Of a stretch of 18,127 nucleotides of DNA, positions 8,725 through 17,273 are shown in pieces. The number at the start of each line of letters is the position of its first letter. The stretch's first letter is position 1. A program made the translations under genes and the position numbers. The stretch comes from an uncultured archaeon (lineage in GTDB: Archaea > Hadarchaeota > Hadarchaeia > Hadarchaeales > WYZ-LMO6), in assembly GCA_938074535.1 (NCBI GenBank), contig CALJER010000023.1, positions 1 through 18,127 on the forward strand. The letters are read 5' to 3'. Below the pieces are notes generated by a model that made no database searches, was not told where the DNA came from, and saw nothing but the letters and a program-made list of their open reading frames with translations.

Positions 8725-9348
8725 CTATCTCCCCCCCAGCCTTCCCGCCACCAGGCTCAGGGTGAAGACGATGAGCAGGAGGACCGCCGCCAGCTGGAGG
8801 GAGAGGAGGATCTCCCCCCTGGCGGTCTCCAGGGCTATGGCGGTGGTCATCACCCTGGTGTAACCATGGATGTTCCCCCCCAGCATCATGGCCACCCCCA
8901 GCTCCGAGACCGCCCTGTTGAAGGAGGCCACCACGGCCAGCGCCGCCCCCCTCCTGGCCTCCCCCAGCGCCGCCAGCGAGGCCTGCCTCTCGGAGGCCCC
9001 CAGGGTTCTGGCCAGATCCCTCAGGGCAGGATCCACCGCCCGCAGGGCGTCGGCCAGGAGGCTCACCAGGATGGGCGTGACCAGCAGGGCCTGCCCCAGC
9101 ATCATGGCCGCGGGGGTGTAGAGGAGGTGGAGGGGCCCCAGCGGCCCCCGGCTGGAGAGGAGGAGGTAGAGGAGGAGGCCGAGGGTGACGGTGGGGAGTC
9201 CGAGCAGGGTGTGGAAGAGGTTGAGCACCACCCTCCTTCCCCTGAACTCCCTCAGGCCCAGGAGGAGGGCCAGGGGGAGGCCCCAGGCGGTGGCCAGGGC
9301 GGTGGCCGTTCCGGAGACCCAGAGGGAGCGGAGGACGATGTCCAGCAC
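8725..9348 (-). CDS. tupB: Tungstate ABC transporter permease
   Basis: SL.VS..AT, F.GR, LP.V..GL..Y..LS..GPLG, LLYTP.AM..GQ, RA.SE.G..MM.GGNI...TRV.TTAI.LET..G. Confidence 0.92.
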   Translation of the reverse strand: MLDIVLRSLWVSGTATALATAWGLPLALLLGLREFRGRRVVLNLFHTLLGLPTVTLGLLLYLLLSSRGPLGPLHLLYTPAAMMLGQALLVTPILVSLLADALRAVDPALRDLARTLGASERQASLAALGEARRGAALAVVASFNRAVSELGVAMMLGGNIHGYTRVMTTAIALETARGEILLSLQLAAVLLLIVFTLSLVAGRLGGR

Positions 9349-10236
9349 TCACCCTCCCCCCCAAACCTCCAGGAGCCAGCCCGCCAGCTCCGGGTCGGAG
9401 TTCTCCAACCCCGCCACGGGGAAGAAGAGGGGGGAGCCGTACTCCCCCGCCCCGAACTCCCCTATGAGCCCCTGCCCCTCCTCCGACAGCAGGAAGGTCA
9501 GGAAGTCCACCGCCCCCTCGAGGTTCACCCCCCTCACCCTCTCGGGGTTCACCACGATGGCGGAGTAAACGTTGAGGAGCTCCTTCCCCCTCTCCACCAC
9601 GGGCTCCAGCTGCACGAGCCCCTTCTTTTTGTACCTCAGGAAGGTCCCCAGGTCGGAGAGGGTGTAGGCCCTCCTCTCGCTGGCCAGCAGGAGGGTCTGT
9701 CCCATCCCCGCCCCAGCCTCCAGGTACCAGCCCTCTTTCCTCAGCTCCTCCCGATCGAAACCCGCTTCCCTCCAGAGGAGGTTCTCCTTCAGGTGGGTGC
9801 CGGAGAGGTCACCCCTCGAAACCCACCTCGCCCTTCCCTCCCTTCCGGCCCGGGCTATCCTGCCGAGGGCCTCCACGGGAGGGAGGTTCTCGATCCCGGC
9901 GGGGTCCCCGGGAGGGCCGACGAGGACGAAGAAGTTGTAGGCCACCACCACCCTCCTCCTCCCGTACCCCTCCTGCATGAACTCCCTCTCCAGGGAGGGA
10001 GCGTGAACGAGGAGGAGATCGGCCTCCCCCCTCTTCGCCGAGAGCAGGGCCTGCCCGGTTCCCAGGGAGAGGAAGGCCGGCCTCTTCCCCCGGTACCTAC
10101 CCGCCAGGTGGTCGAGCAGCCCGGTGTCGTACAGGCTGGTGCTGGTGGCCACCCTCAGTCCCGGCCTTCCCCGGAGGGGGAGAGCCAGGGAGAGGAGGAG
10201 AAGGAGGACGGGAACCGCGAGGAACAGGCCGCGCAT
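9349..10236 (-). CDS. tupA: Tungstate ABC transporter substrate-binding protein
   Basis: N-terminal hydrophobic segment; ATSTSLYDTGLL (TTTS-like), GTGQAL, LVHAP..E, YNFFVLVGP..DPA, SRGD.SGTH.KE, GMG.TL, YTLSD.GT, LLNVY. Confidence 0.92.
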   Translation of the reverse strand: MRGLFLAVPVLLLLLSLALPLRGRPGLRVATSTSLYDTGLLDHLAGRYRGKRPAFLSLGTGQALLSAKRGEADLLLVHAPSLEREFMQEGYGRRRVVVAYNFFVLVGPPGDPAGIENLPPVEALGRIARAGREGRARWVSRGDLSGTHLKENLLWREAGFDREELRKEGWYLEAGAGMGQTLLLASERRAYTLSDLGTFLRYKKKGLVQLEPVVERGKELLNVYSAIVVNPERVRGVNLEGAVDFLTFLLSEEGQGLIGEFGAGEYGSPLFFPVAGLENSDPELAGWLLEVWGGG

Positions 10237-10247
10237 CTCCTTTCTGG

Positions 10248-10273
10248 TCGATATGTTTAATTAAGCATATCGA
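10248..10273. promoter_or_regulatory. 26-bp near-perfect palindrome overlapping a TATA-like box; candidate ModE-type operator
   Basis: TCGATATG-T-TTAATTAA-G-CATATCGA has one mismatched pair and ends 11 nt upstream of the tupA ATG. Confidence 0.7.
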
Positions 10274-10306
10274 TGAACCTTTTTTCCTCTGCGGAGAAAA
10301 GGAGGA

Positions 10307-11539
10307 GTGTTCGAGGAGATTTTCAGGAAGGAACTGGGAAGGAACTCGGTCTTTAAGGATCAGGGAAAGCTCTCCCCGGACTACCTGCCCGAGAAACTGG
10401 TGGGAAGGGAAGGGGAGTTCAGGAGGCTGGTTTCCTTCTTCCGTCCCCTGCTGGAGGGGGGGATCCCCTGCAGGGTGCTGATCACGGGGAGGGTGGGGGT
10501 GGGGAAGACCGCCCTCTCCCGCAGGTTCGGGATGGAGGCGGAGAAGGAGGGCGGGAGAAGGGGGCTGAGGCTTTCCCACCTCTACCTGAACTGCAGGGGA
10601 AGGACGCCGTACTCCCTGCTGCTGGAAGCGGTGAGGAAGTTCTCCCCCGCCTGGCCTGAGAGGGGGGTGGGGAAGGGGGAGCTCCTTTCGATGCTCGTGG
10701 AGTACCTGAAGCACCACTCCCTCTCCCTGCTCCTCATCCTGGACGAGGTGGACTATTTGGTAGAAAGCCACGGTCCCGACCTCCTCTATTCCCTCAGCAG
10801 GGTGGGGGAGACGGCCTCCGGAATAAGCCTCCTCTCCATCTCCAGGGACCAGAGGTTCCTGGAGGAGCTGGACGAGCCCACCAGGGCCACCTTCCTGGGC
10901 CACCACCTCGAGCTCCTCCCGTACACGAAGGAGCAGCTGGTGGAGATTCTGAGGGCCAGGAGGGAGGAGGCCTTCCGCAGGGGGGCCCTCCCCGACGAGA
11001 GCCTCGAGCTGGCGGCGGAGATGGCCTCCAGGACGGGGGACGCCAGGATGGGGATAGAGCTCCTCCTGAGGGCGGGAATGCTGGCGGACGAGCAGGGGAA
11101 GAGGATGGTCCTGCCCGAGCACGTGAGGGCTGCCAGGGCCTCCCTCTACCCCGAGCTGAGGAAGGAGGTCCTTTCGGAGCTCTCCCTCCACGAGCTCCTC
11201 CTCCTGCTGGCGGCGGCCAGGGGGCTGAGGAAGGCCGGGCAGCTGACCACGGGGGAGCTCAGGAGGGCATACGAGGTGGTGTGCGAGGAGCACGGGGAGA
11301 AACCCAGGCACCACTCCACCATGCTCGGGCACCTGCGCAGGCTGGGGGCGCTGGGGATCCTGGAGGTGGAGGCGGCCACCCTCCATCCCAGGGGGCAGAC
11401 CCAGAGGATCTGGCTGGAGGTGGCCCCCGCCGCCGAGCTGGAGAAGGAGGCGGAGCTGAGGCTGGAGGGGGTGCTCAGAGGCTCCTCGCGGTCCGGGCGA
11501 GCACGGGATCGGGGAGGGAGCACCTCTCCTCCCCTTTGA
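10307..11539 (+). CDS. cdc6: Orc1/Cdc6 family replication initiation protein
   Basis: SVFKD..KLSPDYLP..L.GRE, Walker A GRVGVGKT, YLNC, Walker B LILDEVD, PY...QL..IL..R, GDAR, C-terminal wHTH. Confidence 0.92.
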   Translation: MFEEIFRKELGRNSVFKDQGKLSPDYLPEKLVGREGEFRRLVSFFRPLLEGGIPCRVLITGRVGVGKTALSRRFGMEAEKEGGRRGLRLSHLYLNCRGRTPYSLLLEAVRKFSPAWPERGVGKGELLSMLVEYLKHHSLSLLLILDEVDYLVESHGPDLLYSLSRVGETASGISLLSISRDQRFLEELDEPTRATFLGHHLELLPYTKEQLVEILRARREEAFRRGALPDESLELAAEMASRTGDARMGIELLLRAGMLADEQGKRMVLPEHVRAARASLYPELRKEVLSELSLHELLLLLAAARGLRKAGQLTTGELRRAYEVVCEEHGEKPRHHSTMLGHLRRLGALGILEVEAATLHPRGQTQRIWLEVAPAAELEKEAELRLEGVLRGSSRSGRARDRGGSTSPPL

Positions 11540-11985
11540 GGATCAGTCCGTCCGCCAGGTTCTCGAGGAGGTTGGCCAGGATGCGGTCGGGGAGGGTCCT
11601 TCCCTCCTTGCTCTCCGGGCAGCCCTTTATTTCCCCCCACCGGCTCTCACCCTCGGCCAGCTTCCTCAGGATGAGGAGGTATCTCTTTCTCGCCACCTCC
11701 CTCCCCTTCAGGAACCTCTCCAGCTCTTCCCTCCTCAGCCCCCTGCTCTTCTCAACCACCATCTCCACGGTTCCTGGGTTGGCTCCCCTCCTGAGGGCCT
11801 CCACACCGAAGTAGGTCAGCCATCCGGGGTTGCCGTCCAGCCTCTCCACCGTATACCTCAGGAGGTCCTCGGGCGCCTTTTTCCCAGCTGCTCGAAGCCC
11901 TCCCTCAGGAACCCTTCCTCTGGGAAGCGGTCCAGCCTTATCTCCGGGTAGGACCTTCCGTAGGGGGGGGCGCTCCGGCTCCACC
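11475..11985 (-). pseudogene. Truncated, frameshifted archaeal AAA+/STAND-like ATPase (C-terminal half, SSO1545/PAB2304-like)
   Basis: One frame reads SAPPYGRSYPEIRLDRF..EGFLREGFEQLG, then shifts near 11880 into VERLDGNPGWLTYFG...RYLLILRKLA.G..RW.EIK....L..LLENL....I......SLPDPVL. No Walker A/B region is present. Confidence 0.75.
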
Positions 11986-12086
11986 TCCTGCGGCTGCCCG
12001 GGCCTTTCCCGAACCCCTCAAGATTTAGCCGCCGAGCCCGAGGAGCTGAGCTCCCTCGATCCGGGGGTTAGTATGAGAGCTAAAAA

Positions 12087-12114
12087 ACCAAAAGGTTATA
12101 ACCAAAAGGTTATA
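12087..12114 (+). repeat. Tandem 14-bp direct repeat (ACCAAAAGGTTATA x2) containing the palindrome GGTTATAACC, in the ATPase promoter
   Basis: 12087-12100 and 12101-12114 are identical; the second TATA-like copy lies about 28 nt before the ATG at 12142. Confidence 0.8.
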
Positions 12115-12141
12115 AGAAAAGCCGCCTTCCTTCTTTGGGAC

Positions 12142-13239
12142 ATGGAGAACCCTTTCGTATACGGGAGGATCGTAACGGGAAAACACTTCGTGGACAGGGA
12201 GGGTGAGATAAGGGAGCTGAAATCCGACCTCCTCTCCGGGCAGCACGTGATCCTTTACTCCCCGAGGAAGATGGGAAAGTCATCGCTCATAGAGGAGATC
12301 TTCAGAAGGATGGGGAACCGTGCGGTGTGCGTGAGGATAAACGTTCAGAATGCGAGCACGAAGGAAGGACTGGCGAGACTGATCATAAATGAGATAGTGA
12401 GAAAATCCTACACCTCCTTGGAAAAACTTGCCAGGGAGGTGAGGGAGTTCTTCTCCCGCATAAGTGTGAGGGCCTTTGTGGATGGGGAGGGAAGGGTGGG
12501 GGTCGAGCCCGTCTTCAGGGAGAAGAGGGAGCTTTTGGAGGAGGCCCTGGAGCTCCCTGAAAGGATGGGGGGGAGAAGGAAGCTCATAGTGGCCTTCGAC
12601 GAGTTCCAGGAGGTAGAAAGGCTGGACGGAATCGAAATGGAGAGGATGATGAGGGCTGTGATGGAGAAGCACAGGAAGGTAACCTATCTGTTTTCGGGAA
12701 GCGAAAGGCACCTGATTTCGCTGATCTTCGAAAACAGGGAAAGACCCTTCTACAGGTTTGGAAAGATGATGAGGCTGGGGCCGATAGGGAGGGAAGAACT
12801 CGAGGAGTTCGTGGTGGGGAGATTCAGGGAGACGGGCAGGAAGATAGAGGAGGAAGCGGTGGATTTCATCCTAGACTTCAGCGAAGGAGTGCCCTTCTAC
12901 GTGCAGGCGCTGTGTCATGAAGCGTGGAACATCGGTGGGGACGTTGACACCGTGAAGGTGAGGAGGGCGATGGAAAACTTGATATCGTCCTTCGGTTCGG
13001 GGTACGACCTGATATGGAGGAGCATAAAGAGCGAGTACCAGAGGAGGCTTCTGGTTGCAATGGCTGTGGAGGACAGAAGTTTCGCTCCGAAGATGGAGCT
13101 GATAGAAAAATACGGGCTCAAAACGGCAGCGCATCTCAAAAAAGCGGTGGATGCCCTACAGGAAAAAGGGTTGATTTATCAGAACCGAATAGAAGACTTC
13201 CTCTTCAGGGAATGGATAAAGCTGAACAAGGTTGCGTGA
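12142..13239 (+). CDS. Archaeal ATPase (ATPase_2/COG1672-like AAA+ ATP-binding protein with C-terminal wHTH)
   Basis: MENPFVYG..V.G..FVDRE.E, Walker A SPRKMGKSS, Walker B IVAFDEFQE, FSGSE, PFY.FG, G.PFY.Q.LC, DFLFREWI. Start is ATG 12142, not 11830. Confidence 0.88.
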   Translation: MENPFVYGRIVTGKHFVDREGEIRELKSDLLSGQHVILYSPRKMGKSSLIEEIFRRMGNRAVCVRINVQNASTKEGLARLIINEIVRKSYTSLEKLAREVREFFSRISVRAFVDGEGRVGVEPVFREKRELLEEALELPERMGGRRKLIVAFDEFQEVERLDGIEMERMMRAVMEKHRKVTYLFSGSERHLISLIFENRERPFYRFGKMMRLGPIGREELEEFVVGRFRETGRKIEEEAVDFILDFSEGVPFYVQALCHEAWNIGGDVDTVKVRRAMENLISSFGSGYDLIWRSIKSEYQRRLLVAMAVEDRSFAPKMELIEKYGLKTAAHLKKAVDALQEKGLIYQNRIEDFLFREWIKLNKVA

Positions 13240-13383
13240 GGGTGCGGCTGAGGGCCTGAGGGACTCCTCCCCACCTTCGCACCCACCAATTTCAGGAGCA
13301 AACCGTGGTCGGAGCTTGTTGCGGAAGTGGGTATGCTTGCGCCTTTTCGTAGTTATTAAGTCCTGCGGGGGAGAGGGGGAGGG

Positions 13384-14082
13384 ATGGGGCTCAGGGGCAG
13401 GCTGGTGGGTTTCGAGGACGTGGGGAAGGCCGTCCTGGTGGTGGTCGTCCTCAGTCTCTTCTCTTTCCTCTGGACCTCCCTCTTTCCCTCCCTCCTCCCC
13501 CTCTTCTCCCTCTCCCGGTCCCATCCGTGGGGGATCCTCACCGCCCTCTTCACCCACGCCGACGCCGACCACCTGCTCTCCAACCTCTTCTCCCTCCTGC
13601 TTTTCTCCCTCCTTTTCGCCCTCCTCCACTTCCCCCGCAGGGTGGAGGCCAGGAGGGATCTGAGTCTGGCCTTCACCCTCTCCCTCTTTCTCGCGGGGGC
13701 GGGGGTGAACCTGGCGGACTTCCTCTCCCGCGTGTTCTCCGGCTCCAACTCCACCTCCTGCGGCTCCTCGGGCATGGTCTACGCGGTGATGGGCATGCTG
13801 CTGGTTTCCTCCATCTACAACCTCCTCCTCTTCTCCCGCCTCTCCCTCAGGCATCCCGCCCTCAGGCTCCCCCTTCTCTTCGCCTCCTTCCCCGCCGCCG
13901 CCGTTCTGCTGGTCTTCTCCCTGGAACTCCTGCTCCACCCCTCCTCCTTCTTCAGTGTCTCCCCCTCCGCCAACGTCCAGTCCCACGTGCTGGGCTTCCT
14001 CTACGGGGCGGTGATCTTTTCTGCCCTCCTGGCCGAGAAACCCACCCGCCGGCCCCTCCTGCACCGCGTTCGCTTCCGCTAG
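13384..14082 (+). CDS. Rhomboid-family intramembrane serine protease
   Basis: PW..LTALFTHAD..HL.SN, catalytic GSSG (GxSG), N..SH..GFL.G; multiple TM segments. Confidence 0.85.
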   Translation: MGLRGRLVGFEDVGKAVLVVVVLSLFSFLWTSLFPSLLPLFSLSRSHPWGILTALFTHADADHLLSNLFSLLLFSLLFALLHFPRRVEARRDLSLAFTLSLFLAGAGVNLADFLSRVFSGSNSTSCGSSGMVYAVMGMLLVSSIYNLLLFSRLSLRHPALRLPLLFASFPAAAVLLVFSLELLLHPSSFFSVSPSANVQSHVLGFLYGAVIFSALLAEKPTRRPLLHRVRFR

Positions 14083-14170
14083 ACCCTCCTCTGCGCTTCC
14101 CCTCCATCCACTTCCGGGAAGAGCGGAGGGAGAGGAGGCCGGCCGCCAGCAGCGCTCAGCTCAGCCAGGA
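14079..14170. repeat. Degenerate direct-repeat copy of 15750-15843 (3' end of the membrane protein gene)
   Basis: 14091-14155 matches 15764-15828 at 64/65 nt; looser similarity extends to about 90 bp. Confidence 0.9.
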
Positions 14171-14247
14171 AGCCGGCCGTCGGGAGCAGGCGAAGACCTT
14201 TCACTGGTAATGCAAAGATTTTTAAAAACTTAGCACTAGCAAAATTG

Positions 14248-15543
14248 ATGCCTTCGGTGGAGGAAATCAAGTCGGCCATCGTGGACAGGGAGGAGCAGAT
14301 GGAAAAGGTGTTTTCTTCCGAGAACATCATTGAGAGGGAAAACCGGGGAATAGGAAGGGAGTTCGAGAAGGGCGTTGCGAACATCATCACGGGGGCAAGG
14401 AGGTGCGGGAAATCGGTGCTCGCTTTTCAGCTGGCCAGGAAGGAAAACTTTGGTTACGTTAACTTCGAGGACGAGAGGCTGGCCATGAAGGCGGAGGAGC
14501 TGAACAAGGTGCTTGAGGCCATTTGCTCCCTGAAGGGTGAAGTGGACACGCTCGTCTTTGATGAGATCCAGAACGTTGAAGGGTGGGAGAGGTTCGTGGG
14601 CAGGGTCCTGCCCGCCAGGAGGGTGGTGCTCACGGGAAGCAACGCCAGGCTGATGAGCAGGGAGCTATCCACCCATCTGACCGGCAGGCACCTGGATTTC
14701 GTCCTCTACCCCTTCAGCTTCAGGGAGTTCCTGACGTACAGGGGTGTGGGCTTCAGGAGGGAGGACCTCTACTCGACGCGCGGGGTGGCGCTGATAAAGA
14801 GGCACTGGCAGGAATACTTGGAGGTCGGCGGGTTCCCCCCAGCCCTCAGGCTGGGCAGGCTCTTCCTCCTCGAGAACTTCAGGGACATCGTCGAGAGGGA
14901 CGTGGTCCAGAGGTACCGGATAAGGCACCAATCGAAGCTGAAGGAACTCGCTAGGTACCTCATCTCGAATCCCTGCGCGGAGATCACCTACAACAGGCTG
15001 AAGCGGATGCTCTCGCTCGGAAGCGCGAACACCGTTCTGGAGTGGATGTCCTTTCTCGAGAGCTCCTACCTTGTCTTCAAGCTCGAGCGCTTCTCCACCA
15101 AGCTGAAGGAGTCGGCACTTGCCCCCAAGAAGATCTTTTCGATCGACACCGGGCTCTCAAACGCAGCCGGGTTCAGAATCTCGGAGAACAGGGGAAGGCT
15201 CATGGAAAACGCGGTTGCGGTGGAGCTCGCCAGGAGAAGGGATTACTGGAGGAGGGAGTGGGAGATATTTTACTGGAAGGATCACAGGCAGCGGGAGGTG
15301 GACTTCGTGATCAAGGAGGGAAGGAGGGTGAAGCAGCTCGTTCAGGCGTGCTGGGAGGTAACGCCTGAGGTTGAAAAGAGGGAGGTCGAGCCCCTTCTTC
15401 TGGCGATGAGGGAATTCGGGCTGAGGGAGGGTCTGATCCTCACCTTCGACCAGGAGGGGGAGGAGAGTGTTGGGGGAAAGAGGATAGTCTACAGACCCGT
15501 CTGGAGGTGGATGATGGAAGTAGATGAAGGTAAGCCGGTTTGA
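14248..15543 (+). CDS. AAA_14 + DUF4143 family ATP-binding protein (COG1373)
   Basis: ITGARRCGKS, YVNFEDERL, FDEIQNV.GWE, LTGSNA, LTGR, LYPFSFREF, GGFP, PKK.F.IDTGL, GRL.EN.V, YWK....EVDFV; TATA-like TTTTAAAAA about 24 nt upstream. Confidence 0.9.
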   Translation: MPSVEEIKSAIVDREEQMEKVFSSENIIERENRGIGREFEKGVANIITGARRCGKSVLAFQLARKENFGYVNFEDERLAMKAEELNKVLEAICSLKGEVDTLVFDEIQNVEGWERFVGRVLPARRVVLTGSNARLMSRELSTHLTGRHLDFVLYPFSFREFLTYRGVGFRREDLYSTRGVALIKRHWQEYLEVGGFPPALRLGRLFLLENFRDIVERDVVQRYRIRHQSKLKELARYLISNPCAEITYNRLKRMLSLGSANTVLEWMSFLESSYLVFKLERFSTKLKESALAPKKIFSIDTGLSNAAGFRISENRGRLMENAVAVELARRRDYWRREWEIFYWKDHRQREVDFVIKEGRRVKQLVQACWEVTPEVEKREVEPLLLAMREFGLREGLILTFDQEGEESVGGKRIVYRPVWRWMMEVDEGKPV

Positions 15544-15741
15544 CACCAAACAAAAACTCGAGTCGGCTACCAAAGGTTCGCCTAAATGGCGCTGTGCGCG
15601 TGCGCGCAATCCAAACTGGTCCTGGATAGACTTTCACAGTCCCCTCCTTCTTCGGTGCGGCTCCCCCGGCCGACGCTCACTCCCGCGTGACGGGCTTTGG
15701 GACGGTGATCTCCACAGAGGCGCCCCTGCCCCCGTGTGCCT

Positions 15742-16128
15742 TCACTGCCAGACCCTCCTCCTCCTGCGCTTCCCCCCCATCCACTTCCGGGAAGAGCGGA
15801 GGGAGAGGAGGCCGGCCGCCAGCAGCGCCCAGACCTCCCAGGAGAAGATGCCCCTGGAGAAGGAGCGCAGGGCACCCACCACGAAGAGGAGGCCGAAGAG
15901 GAAGGAAACGGGCAGGGGGGGAAGGAGCCGGGGAGGGAGGTCCGAGGAGACCAGGTCGAGGGCCACGGCCAGGCTGAGCCACATGAGAAAGGCCATCACG
16001 ATGAGGTTCGCGTCCAGCAGGTAGCCTCCCAGCAGGAGGACCAGGAGGGAGGAGAGGAGCAGGGAGGCTTCGGGCCTCTCCACCCACCGCCTGAGTATCT
16101 TCCTGAACTCCACCTCTACCATCACCAT
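15742..16128 (-). CDS. Hypothetical membrane protein (about 4 TM helices, basic C-terminal tail)
   Basis: Four hydrophobic stretches; co-oriented with and 39 nt downstream of the S26 cluster. Confidence 0.7.
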   Translation of the reverse strand: MVMVEVEFRKILRRWVERPEASLLLSSLLVLLLGGYLLDANLIVMAFLMWLSLAVALDLVSSDLPPRLLPPLPVSFLFGLLFVVGALRSFSRGIFSWEVWALLAAGLLSLRSSRKWMGGKRRRRRVWQ

Positions 16129-16167
16129 ACTTGGTTGGTTGAGAAAAAAGGTTCTCGGGAGCTCGTC

Positions 16168-16587
16168 TCACCGGGAGTAGATGATCCCTATCACCAGGCC
16201 CTTCAGCTCCTCCACCACGTAGTTGTCCGTGGAAGGGAGGGCGTCTCCCTTGGTCCTGAAGGAGCCCCCCAGCACCTCCACCACCCTGTGGACCACCAGC
16301 CTCCCGGAGCCAGGCTCTCGGTAGAGGATGAGGTCGCCCACCTTCGGGAGGGAAGGGTCCACCTCCACCCAGATCACCGTGTCGTTTTCCCCCACCGTCT
16401 TTCCCATCCCCCAGTCCTCCCCCCCGAGCAGGTGGAGCCTTCGGTCCAGGAAGGCCGTGTACCCCCCGAACCACTCCGTCCTGTTCTCCAGCTCCTGGGA
16501 GCGCCTGGAGAGGTGGAGGACGGACAGGAAGGTGACCACCCCAAGCAGGAGGAGGATCAGCAGGTTCAGGACGGTCTCTTTTCTCAC
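16168..16587 (-). CDS. S26 signal peptidase-like protein lacking the catalytic Ser
   Basis: N-terminal TM; KVGDLILY, VVHRVV and FRTKGD boxes are present, but box B reads DWGMGKTV instead of SxSMxP. Confidence 0.75.
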   Translation of the reverse strand: MRKETVLNLLILLLLGVVTFLSVLHLSRRSQELENRTEWFGGYTAFLDRRLHLLGGEDWGMGKTVGENDTVIWVEVDPSLPKVGDLILYREPGSGRLVVHRVVEVLGGSFRTKGDALPSTDNYVVEELKGLVIGIIYSR

Positions 16588-16591
16588 CCCT

Positions 16592-17251
16592 TCACCCCCA
16601 GAGCTCCAGGATGAGGTTGTCTATCCAGAGCTCCTGCCCGGGGAGGAGGGCGTAGCCCTCCCCGTCGTTGTCCCAAACCACGTTCATCCTGAGGTAGCCG
16701 TCGGCTGTTCCGTACCCTTCGCTGTAGAACACGTATTCCCTCTCGTCGGGAGCACAGTCGAAAGGGATGGTGAAGGCCCCGCTGGTCCCCAGCCAGACCT
16801 TCACGTTCTCCTTGACGGCGTAGGCCAGGTTTTCCCTGTCGGCCTTCGCTCTCACGGCCACCACGAGATCGAAGACCTCGTTGGCCTTCACAGTCAATAC
16901 CTGTCCGCTGTAGGAGAGCACGCCCAGCCACCTGAGGGAGTTGTCGGCAAGATTTTCGTAGGGCGAGTAACTACCGTGCTTCATGAGGTAGATGTTCTCT
17001 ATTCCCGTGAGCCCCCCCCTGGGGAGGGCGAGGGGCTGGGTGGATCTCCTCCCGGCTATGGTGAAGGTGGGCCCCCTCACCACCGCCTTGGGCCAGTTGT
17101 CGGCGGAGGGGGAAGGGGAGGAAGAGCGGGGCAGGAGCAGCAGCAGGGATACGAGGACGAGAACCACCAGGAGGAGGGGGGAGAGCTGCCTGAGCCTCCT
17201 CTTAAGGCGCCAGTACCTGTCCATCCCCCACTTAAGCTCTCCGGCCATCAT
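16592..17251 (-). CDS. Exported/membrane-anchored beta-rich hypothetical protein (paralog of 17733-18127)
   Basis: Basic N-region, hydrophobic helix (LLLVVLVLVSLLLLL), Ser/Pro linker, then a beta-strand-like domain; tightly packed between the two S26 genes. Confidence 0.75.
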   Translation of the reverse strand: MMAGELKWGMDRYWRLKRRLRQLSPLLLVVLVLVSLLLLLPRSSSPSPSADNWPKAVVRGPTFTIAGRRSTQPLALPRGGLTGIENIYLMKHGSYSPYENLADNSLRWLGVLSYSGQVLTVKANEVFDLVVAVRAKADRENLAYAVKENVKVWLGTSGAFTIPFDCAPDEREYVFYSEGYGTADGYLRMNVVWDNDGEGYALLPGQELWIDNLILELWG

Positions 17252-17273
17252 CCCCTCTCTGAGGGGGGTATTA

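Noticed and set aside
10130-10155. TupA TSTS instead of the canonical TTTS motif as altered oxyanion specificity
   Set aside because: A conservative change; all other TupA and TupB motifs are intact.
10237-10306. Replication origin next to cdc6
   Set aside because: The gap is only 70 bp with no ORB-like (TTCCAGTGGAAA...GGGG) repeats or extended unwinding element; the palindrome fits a tupA operator better.
8866-11386. Long alternative-frame ORFs (e.g. 8866-10260 +, 10097-11386 -, 5955-6893 +, 7907-8863 +, and the 5' extension of 8048-9364 -)
   Set aside because: Shadow ORFs expected from high GC; Pro/Gly/Arg-rich with no motifs, and they overlap well-supported genes.
15677-15755. Minus-strand GLAVKAHGGRGASVEITVPK resembles a histidine-kinase C-terminal remnant
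   Set aside because: Too short, needs internal deletions to align, and has no supporting upstream motifs; it could be chance.
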